Part shown: one piece after another, positions 9,929 to 17,646 of the stretch
How positions within the stretch are numbered: the stretch's first letter is position 1
Layout of the letters: each line of letters opens with the position of its first letter
Assembly (NCBI GenBank): GCA_965206645.1
Contig: CBDBKE010000002.1
Coordinates: 352,001-416,000, forward strand
DNA: 64,000 nucleotides
Direction of reading: 5' to 3'
From: Terriglobia bacterium
GTDB taxonomy: Bacteria; Acidobacteriota; Terriglobia; JAJPHL01; JAPKYU01
Made by a program: the position numbers and the translations under genes
Notes under the pieces: generated by a model
Told to the model about the DNA's origin: nothing
The model's database searches: none
Seen by the model: only the letters and a program-made list of their open reading frames with translations

Positions 9929-11286
9929 ATGAGCAACGACCCGAAACAGCATTTCCATGACCGTACTCACCAGAACTCGTGGGCATCTGGAGTTTCACGC
10001 CGCAAGCTCTTCCAGGCTGGGGTGGCTTTCACCCCGCTGAGCCTGATTGGGTCCTCAGGCAAGGACCCGCTTCTGGCCCAAGCACCCGGTGGTGCGCCGC
10101 TGGGGGTGGTCGGGGAGCCGCGCTCGGATTCCACAATCTGGAAGTCGCTTCGGCAGCACGCTGCGGGCATGTCTCCGCAAGCCGTGCGCGACTTGCAGAA
10201 TCCGGAGATCCCGTTAGAAAAGCGTTGGAAGGACCTCGCTCCTTATTGGCCGTTCACGCGGACGACGGGCTACGGTCGCTGCATGCTGATCGCGGCGCGT
10301 GATCTGTTTGGCGTTGAAGATATTAACGCGCAGACCTATCGCCTGTTATCCGAGCGGATCTCGGCGGCGAACCGCTTCGGGTGGTACGAGACCGTATTGA
10401 AGGACAGAGCCCGCATCGAAAGCTGCGTGCTCGATGACTTGACTACCCAGCGTGGGGAGCCGCTCAAGCCCGACCCTAGGTTCTTCAAGATCGTGACGCG
10501 CTTCGATTATATCGTCACTGCCGACAGCAGAGATGATCTGACGCATATCGAGAAAGTCACTGGGGTGGCTGTTCACACGCTGGCCGATCTTGAGAAAGCG
10601 CTGGAAAAGGCAGTGGACAAGGGATTACGCGAGGGATTGGCGGGGATCAAGACGGCCCTCGCCTATGAACGCACCATCCAATTCGATAAAGTATCCCGAG
10701 CTGATGCCGAACGCTGCTTTGCTTCCCTTTCCCACCCGTCTTCTTCGCGGCCGCAGGAGCCGGCGGCGCGCAAGCCGCTCGAAGATTTTCTGTTGCACAA
10801 GGTCATCCAGCAGGCCGCTGAGCACCACCTGCCCGTTCAGATCCACACTGGCATGCAGAACGGAAACCGTAACCACGTCGCCTGGACGCGTCCATCGCAC
10901 CTCAGCGAACTGCTAAACGAATACCGTCAGGTCCGATTCGACCTGTTCCACGGGGGATATCCCTACGGCAGTGAATTCGCCACCTTGGCCAAGAATCTAC
11001 CCAACGTCTACCCCGACCTCTGCTGGCTGCACATCATCGCGCCCGGAGTGGCGAAGAGGAGCTTGCGCGAGTTGATCGAGACCGTACCCGCCAGCAAGAT
11101 CTTGGGATTCGGCGGGGACTTTAAGCACGTGGAGGGGCCTACGCCCACGCGCAAATGGCTCGCGCCATCACCGCTGAAGTACTGGCCGAGAAGGTGGAGG
11201 ATGGCTACCTCAAAGAAGAGGAAGCGGCGGTGCTGATGGAGAGAATCCTCTACCGGAACGGTAGGGAGTTGTTTGCCTCGCGATGA
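9929..11286 (+). pseudogene. Amidohydrolase-family protein with Tat-type signal; frameshifted near 11135
   Basis: SRRKLF; QIHTG, FDLFHGGYP, DLCWLH, KILGFGGD; adding one G to the G-run at about 11135 restores VEGAYAHAQMAR...NGRELFASR* ending at 11286. Confidence 0.8.
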
Positions 11287-11463
11287 GGTGAAGGGCAAGC
11301 GGATGTAACACCAAACTCGCGGGCGCTTTTAGGACTCGCTCCCTTGGCTCGGGGGTATCGGCATTCCTGCGCTGGACGGATTCTCTGCTGCGCTGTGTTC
11401 CACGCGAGCGCGGTCTACCGCGATTACCGCACGGGAGGGAGTCTCAAGCTTACGGCGGAAGGT

Positions 11464-11949
11464 TCACGCGGCCTGTCCGCCCGGACGGGAAGCACTCCGG
11501 ATGGCTAAAGGCAAGCGGTGTCTATTAACCACTGCTCCGATAACGAGCAGCACCAATGATGTGGCGGCTACAGTCCAGCCAAATGGCAGGCCGGGAAGCC
11601 TTGACGTTGCCTCCGAGCCGGCGGCCATAAGCAATCCCAGGCAAGACCAGCTCATGAATTACGCATGGTGTGACACCCGCGTGCCGCGCGGTTGCTTCCG
11701 ACAGGCGGGAACGAACCCAGCAGCAACGGTGGCCAAACTCAGTAGGGCGAACCAATGAAATGTACCAAATCCGCCGAACAGGTCGTAAATCATAAGCGCA
11801 GTTGCATTGAGTCCAACCATGCAGGGGAAATAGGTCCGCACCAACAAGCGGTGCCGTCGAGTTCCTTTGCGGCGGGACACAACGCTGGCGCCGGAGAGTG
11901 TCGTCGCCCCCAAACCCAAACCGGTCTGAACGAGCCCCAGAATGTCCAT
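11464..11949 (-). pseudogene. DUF2306-like membrane protein with in-frame TAA at 11659-11661
   Basis: KGTRRHR...FG.FHW...HHA*FMSWS; the two track ORFs are in the same frame. Confidence 0.65.
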
Positions 11950-12153
11950 AGCGCCTGTGTCCTCTGTATTCAACCTAGCACAGGCTATACGAACAAACCT
12001 CTTTTCTAATGCGCGCCCGAAGAGGTAACAGCACCCGCAGGCGGGTCGACGCGGCAACCAGGCCAGGCGCGGGATGACCTCAGGCGGCGCGGTTTGGTGG
12101 GGTGAAGCGAGGTCTGGATTTGGTTGGAGCGCTCCGGTCCAGCCGGAACTAGG

Positions 12154-12410
12154 CTACTCGGCTTTCTGCCTGAGACCGAACCAATTCCCCCCGGGTCCAG
12201 GAAAATGGCAAACGGCCCCCAGGGCATGTGTTTCGGCGGCTGAGTAAATGTGACCCCTCGCGAAGACATCTCCTGATGCTTCGCTTCGATGTCCTCGCAC
12301 GCGAATACGACAGAAGGTTTTCGTTCTGACCAGTCCGTCATCATCGACTTGGGGTAGATAACCAAACACGACTCGGCACCCTCCAGCCCTACCTCCAGCC
12401 ACCTCGCCTC
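12154..12410 (-). pseudogene. VOC/glyoxalase-family 3' fragment with frameshift
   Basis: RWLEVG...VVFACEDIE...RGVTFTQPP..MPWG.FAIFLDPGG(N)WFGL; 5' end missing; G-run indel near 12190. Confidence 0.7.
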
Positions 12411-12554
12411 AGACTCTGCGCGTCCCTACATTAACCCCTTGGCTTCGCCACTGATCCCCCGGTGGCGTAGCCCGTGTGAGTGTCTATCTCGTGGTGGAGT
12501 CGGCTCGTGTGGGTCCTGAGACCTGCAGCTCTCGGAGTTCTTCCTGGGAGGATT

Positions 12555-12582
12555 AGTAAACACTAGCCGACTAGTGGAGACC
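12555..12582 (-). other. dif-like 11-6-11 putative recombination site 2
   Basis: Minus strand GGTCTCCACTA-GTCGGC-TAGTGTTTACT. Confidence 0.65.
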
Positions 12583-12642
12583 TATCCACTAAATCCGAGG
12601 CAAGCGTCTTGTACTCAAAGACCTGGACTGAGGCGAAGCGGG

Positions 12643-14526
12643 CTACTGTATGGCGATGGTGACGGTGTTCGAGGTGGCGCCGCCTATGCTGAGCACGACC
12701 GGCACGTTATCGCCGGGGGGCGCGTTTGCAGGCACCTGGACGTCAACTTGGTAAAGCCCTACGAATCCGGGAGCTAGCCCAGAGAAGCTCACGGTTGCCG
12801 CCACACCGCCAATGGTCACGGTGGGAGTCGTGGTCGTCCCGGGCAGCGAATTGATCGAGGCCGCATCGCCAGTCGCTGGTTGGTTCGTCACCGGCCCCAG
12901 GCCGGTGCAGAAGGTCGAAACAAACTCTCCTCGCATGGCTGGTCGGGAGCCGGAGAACATTCCCACCGGTGCAGCTACAGACGCCGTATTGGCAATCAAG
13001 ATGGCACCTTGACCGCTACCCGCCGCGTTGGCAGCAAACAGCCCAGGCTCGAAGGGTGCCAGATCTATTGTCTGCGGACTGCTCGCTGCCGTCCCGGCGG
13101 TAACGCTCAGCGACGCCTGCGCCTGTCCCTGCAGTTGCCAAGGAATTTGGAAGTTGATCTGAGTAGGGGAGACGAGGAACAACGGTACCGCAATGCCATT
13201 GAGTCGCAACGTGGTGTGGAAGATCGTGGTAGGCGGTGCTTCAACAGAAGCGCCGGTCGCAGGGGCGAGGTTGGTGCCGAATACGGACGCGATGCTGCCA
13301 GGCGCCACCGCAGCCCCGGATGCAAAGCTAGCTCCGTTGACCACGCCACCCTCGTTCACGGCAGGCTGGGGTGCGTCGGGATCGACAATCCGCCGCACAC
13401 TGCCCTTGTAATCCACCACGTAGACTTCGCCACTTTCGTCTTCCCCGAACGAGCTGATGGATAGGCCGGTGCTCAACACTTGTTCTCTCTGCCACTGTCC
13501 AAGGGGAATCTCCGTCAGAGCCCAAAGGCGGCCCGAAATGAAATCGGCGAACAGGTACTTTCCCCAAAGAGAAGGAGCGGAAGGCCCCCGGTAGACGTAA
13601 CCGCCTGTGACTGACCTTCCAAGATCTCGACCGTATTCGTGGATGGGCGGAATCAGGCCGGATGTGTTGCAGTCGCTAGGTGGTAAGAAACACAGTGTGC
13701 CCTCCATGATATTCCAGCCATAGTTGCCTCCTTTAACGATGATGTCGATTTCCTCGAGGCGATTCTGGCCTACATCTCCGGCCATCAGCCGGCCCGTCAC
13801 CCGGTCGAAGGAAAAACGCCAGGGATTGCGCAGGCCGTAGGCCCAGATCTCATTGCGGCCAGGCTTTCCCACGAACGGGTTGTCCTGAGGTGCGGCGAAA
13901 GGACTGCCGGAATCGACATCGATCCGCAGGATTTTGCCCAGGAGTGCTTCGAGATTCTGACCGTTGCCCTGCGGGTCGCCACCCGATCCGCCATCGCCGG
14001 TTCCAATGTAAAGAAATCCGTCCGGGCCGAACGCCAGCATCCCGCCGTTGTGGTTAGAAAAGGGTTGCCGGAAGCTAAGCAGAATCTCCTCCGACCCCTT
14101 TACCGCCAGATTCACGTTTTCCGGCGAGACGGCATATTCGGCAACCACCGTCTCCAGTCCGTTCGCTCCGTCCCGAGTGTAGTTGACAAAAAAGCGGCCA
14201 TTAGTCGGATAGCTGGGATGGAAAGCCAATCCCAGCAGGCCCCGTTCGCCCCCGGACCGAACCCGATCCGAGATTTCCAGAAAGGGCGTAGCCAGGAGGG
14301 CGTCCCCGGAGAGGATCCGTATGCGGCCGCCTTGTTCGACAATAAACAGTCGGTCACTGCCGTCACCGGCTGTGGTGACGTAAAGGGGCGACGAAAGACC
14401 ACTGGTAATCGTTTCGAGTTCGCCGGCGGCTCTAGCATCCCCGGTAAGGATTACAAAAACGGCCGCCAGCAGTAGAAACCGAAGTCGCCACCGAAGGTAG
14501 AAGAGATTTTCAGATTTCCAGGCCAC
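12643..14526 (-). CDS. Secreted PQQ-dependent sugar (glucose/sorbosone) dehydrogenase fused to a TIGR03437-like C-terminal domain
   Basis: ERGLLGLAFHP, NHNGG.LAFGPDG.LYIG.GDGG, YGLRNPWRFSFD; C-terminal GVVNGASF...APGS...SGLAPGFVGLYQV; likely GTG start at 14526 after GAGGT. Confidence 0.88.
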   Translation of the reverse strand: MAWKSENLFYLRWRLRFLLLAAVFVILTGDARAAGELETITSGLSSPLYVTTAGDGSDRLFIVEQGGRIRILSGDALLATPFLEISDRVRSGGERGLLGLAFHPSYPTNGRFFVNYTRDGANGLETVVAEYAVSPENVNLAVKGSEEILLSFRQPFSNHNGGMLAFGPDGFLYIGTGDGGSGGDPQGNGQNLEALLGKILRIDVDSGSPFAAPQDNPFVGKPGRNEIWAYGLRNPWRFSFDRVTGRLMAGDVGQNRLEEIDIIVKGGNYGWNIMEGTLCFLPPSDCNTSGLIPPIHEYGRDLGRSVTGGYVYRGPSAPSLWGKYLFADFISGRLWALTEIPLGQWQREQVLSTGLSISSFGEDESGEVYVVDYKGSVRRIVDPDAPQPAVNEGGVVNGASFASGAAVAPGSIASVFGTNLAPATGASVEAPPTTIFHTTLRLNGIAVPLFLVSPTQINFQIPWQLQGQAQASLSVTAGTAASSPQTIDLAPFEPGLFAANAAGSGQGAILIANTASVAAPVGMFSGSRPAMRGEFVSTFCTGLGPVTNQPATGDAASINSLPGTTTTPTVTIGGVAATVSFSGLAPGFVGLYQVDVQVPANAPPGDNVPVVLSIGGATSNTVTIAIQ

Positions 14527-14625
14527 GTTCCCCACCTCTAGAGTATAGGTCGGCCCCGTTAAGTCGGAATTTCCGAAATTAAGCCTCCTCTTTTCGAGTT
14601 GGTCGCACACCCCGCTAGCTAGATA

Positions 14626-14653
14626 AGTAAACGCTAACCGACTAGTGGAGACC
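14626..14653 (-). other. dif-like 11-6-11 putative recombination site 3
   Basis: Minus strand GGTCTCCACTA-GTCGGT-TAGCGTTTACT; 41/50 identity to site 2 over 14622-14671 vs 12551-12600. Confidence 0.65.
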
Positions 14654-14730
14654 TATCTGCTAGGTCTGAGCCATCTCTTGCCGTTTCAGAGAATTACATG
14701 AGCCTGAGAAAGTATCGGCAGCGAGGCATG

Positions 14731-14916
14731 CTAGATTGCCTCGGGGTTCCCTGCGAGCGGATTTCGGACCTCCTTCTCCGGGCCAGCCGGGGAGCTAGGC
14801 TGCGCTGCCCCCGCAGTGAGCGAAAAGCCCCAAATGGCTGCCGCTAGCACCGCTGCCAAGTTTCCAGACCGCCCACAGAAGCTACCGTTTAACGGTGCCA
14901 GATCCTCAGCTCCCAA
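14731..14916 (-). pseudogene. Truncated N-terminus of a secreted, possibly cytochrome c-type protein
   Basis: Signal-like AAVLAAAIWGFSLTAGAA then EVRNPLAGNPEAI*; lies downstream of a PQQ dehydrogenase scrap. Confidence 0.35.
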
Positions 14917-14938
14917 TCTGCGCCATACCTTATGTGGC

Positions 14939-15068
14939 CTAGTGTTTGCCCGGACTCTCTTTGGCGAGGATGCCGTGGGGCAAGGCGACGGCGAAAAGGG
15001 CGCTTCCCGCGGCGATGACGACGTACTGCTTGCCGCCGAGCGCGTAGGCGCTGGGGCTGCAGCTCATG
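14939..15068 (-). pseudogene. C-terminal fragment of a PQQ-dependent alcohol dehydrogenase-type protein
   Basis: Manual translation SPSAYALGGKQYVVIAAGSALFAVALP...GKH*. Confidence 0.6.
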
Positions 15069-15190
15069 CTGTGGGGCCTGTCCAAGAAGGTCGTCATCGC
15101 CGACCGGCTTGCCACGTTCGTCGATTCTGCCTACGGGCAGCCCAGTTTTTCATCGCCCGCCGATCTGGTTCTGGCCATCTACTTTTCGCC
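15066..15190 (+). pseudogene. Internal fragment of an MBOAT (AlgI-like) O-acyltransferase
   Basis: LWGLSKKVVIADRLATFVDSAY. Confidence 0.65.
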
Positions 15191-15209
15191 TTCAGTTGCA
15201 CTGCGATTT

Positions 15210-15320
15210 TTCGGGCACACCTTCGCCAGTCGGCTCGTGATGGCGGGCATTGACATCAGGACAGCAGAAGCCGTGGAACGTCTGGTAGCCGCAAGTGACA
15301 CCGCTACTGACACCAAGCCC
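15210..15320 (+). pseudogene. C-terminal remnant of a tyrosine integrase
   Basis: HTFASRLVMAGIDIRT...AVERL...DTATDT; the LGH...Y segment is missing; points toward the tRNA 3' end. Confidence 0.7.
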
Positions 15321-15361
15321 TATGGTGATGAACCGGACTGGCCGCAAGTGATTGAGGAAGT

Positions 15362-15437
15362 TGGTGGCGGCGGTGCGACTCGAACGCACGACCTAGGGAT
15401 TATGAGACCCTCGCTCTGCCGACTGAGCTACGCCGCC
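15362..15437 (-). tRNA. tRNA-Met (CAT), probably elongator
   Basis: GGCGGCGTAGCTCAGTCGGCAGAGCGAGGGT-CTCATAA-TCCCTAGGTCGTGCGTTCGAGTCGCACCGCCGCCACCA, 76 nt, encoded CCA, G1:C72 paired. Ile2 identity not excluded. Confidence 0.93.
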
Positions 15438-15469
15438 TGCAGGGAGTCGGCTTAACACCCTTCATACTT

Positions 15470-15499
15470 ATGCTATCGGAGGCGGAGGCGAGGTGTCAA
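15470..15499 (-). promoter_or_regulatory. sigma70-like promoter for the tRNA
   Basis: TTGACA-18 bp-TAGCAT on the minus strand. Confidence 0.55.
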
Positions 15500-15593
15500 A
15501 GGAACTGCCGGCGCGGAGCCGCTCCTGCCGAGAGAGGCCGCCAGTCGGACCCGGGGAGCCGCACCCTTGCCGTCGCTGCCCCTTGTTCCGGCG

Positions 15594-17576
15594 CTACAGT
15601 CTGGCGATCACAATCACAGTGAGTACGCTGAAGAAGACGCCGGCACACAGCACTCCCAATTGCACCATCCAGTGGGATCGCAGCGGTGCGGGCAGAAAAA
15701 CGCGATTGAGGTAAAAGGTGTGGAAAGCGTTGGCTGCCAGGACGGCGTTCGCCAGGCCCGCTCCAAACTTGGCGAGCTGCAGAGGATCGAGGAAGGCCAG
15801 CGAGAACAGGCCCCAGAATCCGTACACAACCAGGATGCCATAGTAAATATACTTGACCTGGTTTCCCTGAAGCCGTTGCGCACTCTTACTCGTGGCCCAG
15901 ATGAGGTCTGTCCAGAGGCGGGCGATGATGTCGGTTGCAAACACCTGCCCGGGACCCAGGATCACGAAGCCACAAAGCAAGGTCACAAACCAGAGGAGTG
16001 GTCCGTAGTCGGCATACTGTTGCGCCATAGCTCCGGCGGTCATGGCCGCAATGCGGTCGCCCACCACCGGGGCGTGACGGATGAAGCGCAAGGAGATCAT
16101 ACAGGGCAGCGCCATGCCCAACAGCGAGGCGATCATCCAGAGGCCGGCCTGATCACGCCACATGTGGCGGATCCAGCCGCGCCATCGGCCCAGGTTCGCG
16201 GCAGTGAGGGGAAAGACCTGGCCGGTATGAGAAAGGGTAACCCGTCCCCCGCCAACGGCACTGGGGATGGCCCCCACGCGAGCTCCCATTCCCCAACCTT
16301 TATCCCGCACGTAATTCGATATGAGAGCATTGGCGATCCCGCCGGCGCCGGCGATGGAGGCAAAGGCGGCCAGCAGTGCCCAGTCCAGATCGGGAAGCTG
16401 ACCACCGCCAAACAGGTAGCCGAGGAGGTTTTTATGCTGGACGCCTCGATTGCGGACCAGCTCAGTGAACGTCGAGGCCAGCGGCTCAGGGATTTCTTCC
16501 AGTTTTGTCCAGCTTGACTGCTGATCGCCCTCCTGCGCCGAAAACGCTACCGGCATCCATCTCCCGTCCGAATCCACATCACCTTCGACGACAAGAATCT
16601 TCTCTCCCTGCCGGTGCCGGACAAAGAACCCCCCTTTCTCGACGCGAGCCAGCGCCGCGGCAACCATCCGTTGATATCGCGGTTGAAGATCGGGAGAAAT
16701 GCTGTCGCCCATCGCGAAGCTCTGCTTATTTTCCCCGGTGCGGACGATAAATGAGGTTACCAATGGCTGGCCATCCTCCAGCGTGCCCCTCACGGTATAA
16801 ACGGACGGCCCCTCGTATTCCGTGAGAGTGAAGTGGGGACCCAGGATAATCGTCTCGGCGCGCTCCGGTACCGTGCCAATCCGGAAAAAGCCCTGGACCA
16901 CTTCCCAGGCAATGTTGCCGGGAACCATCAGTGCACAGATGATGATGAAGTAACCCAGGACAAGGACCAGCTTGGTGGTCATGAGCCACTCGATCATCTT
17001 GTAAACGGTCCCTCCGAAAATCAGGGGGACGAATGCTCCCAGGAACACGCAGTAGCCCAGGATCTTGACGAACGCGCTCTCGGAGATCGTTAATCCAAGT
17101 ATGGTGATCGTGGCGTCGCCGGGGAGATGACCGAGGATGGCCGCCGCCAACGGAACGGCGGCATTGGCGGCCATGAAAGGAAAGATATCAGAGATCATTA
17201 AGGTTACATAAACGATCGCCCAGAGCCGCGGACCAGGTCGAGTGCGGAAAAATCCGACCCAGACTGGTTCGCCCGTGTAGAGCGTATATCGGATCACTTC
17301 GAGGTTGACGAACAGCTGAGTAACGATGCTGAGGGCGGCCAGCCACAGGATGACTGCGCCATATTGAGCCGTGACCGCCGGTCCGAACAGCCACTCTCCA
17401 CCGCCAATCGAAGCGCCCGCAAGCAGCAGGCCCGGCCCGGCCGCCTTCTTTAAATAGGCGAAGCCGCCTTTTGGTGCGGGGGGCAAATCTCCGGTCGTCC
17501 AGGGACGGAGCGCGCCGGCCTCCACAAGCTTCGGTGTTTTGGTTTCAGATAGGTTCGTGTCCTGGCCCGACTCCAT
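15594..17576 (-). CDS. Nramp-like (APC fold) membrane transporter, copy 1
   Basis: GPGLLLAGASIGGGEWLFGP, RYTLYTGE, SNYVRDKGWGMG; central soluble insert. Confidence 0.8.
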   Translation of the reverse strand: MESGQDTNLSETKTPKLVEAGALRPWTTGDLPPAPKGGFAYLKKAAGPGLLLAGASIGGGEWLFGPAVTAQYGAVILWLAALSIVTQLFVNLEVIRYTLYTGEPVWVGFFRTRPGPRLWAIVYVTLMISDIFPFMAANAAVPLAAAILGHLPGDATITILGLTISESAFVKILGYCVFLGAFVPLIFGGTVYKMIEWLMTTKLVLVLGYFIIICALMVPGNIAWEVVQGFFRIGTVPERAETIILGPHFTLTEYEGPSVYTVRGTLEDGQPLVTSFIVRTGENKQSFAMGDSISPDLQPRYQRMVAAALARVEKGGFFVRHRQGEKILVVEGDVDSDGRWMPVAFSAQEGDQQSSWTKLEEIPEPLASTFTELVRNRGVQHKNLLGYLFGGGQLPDLDWALLAAFASIAGAGGIANALISNYVRDKGWGMGARVGAIPSAVGGGRVTLSHTGQVFPLTAANLGRWRGWIRHMWRDQAGLWMIASLLGMALPCMISLRFIRHAPVVGDRIAAMTAGAMAQQYADYGPLLWFVTLLCGFVILGPGQVFATDIIARLWTDLIWATSKSAQRLQGNQVKYIYYGILVVYGFWGLFSLAFLDPLQLAKFGAGLANAVLAANAFHTFYLNRVFLPAPLRSHWMVQLGVLCAGVFFSVLTVIVIARL

Positions 17577-17646
17577 AGCACCTCCAGTTTGGATACGTCT
17601 TCGCTTGCTGGCTGCTGGCTGCTGGCTGCTGGCGGGAGGCTTCCGG

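Noticed and set aside
12551-14671. Sites 2 and 3 as remnants of a coding 3' end (SDLxDRSPLVG*)
   Set aside because: Upstream frames are unrelated, and the third copy keeps the arms but changes the spacer, which fits a binding site better. Not fully excluded.
7833-14671. The three repeats as a CRISPR array
   Set aside because: Kilobase spacing, mixed orientation, and no cas genes.
14920-14950. TAGTGTTTGCC as a fourth dif-like site
   Set aside because: Only one arm matches, there is no GGTCT.CACTA arm at 6-bp spacing, and it is the natural GKH* end of the PQQ-ADH scrap.
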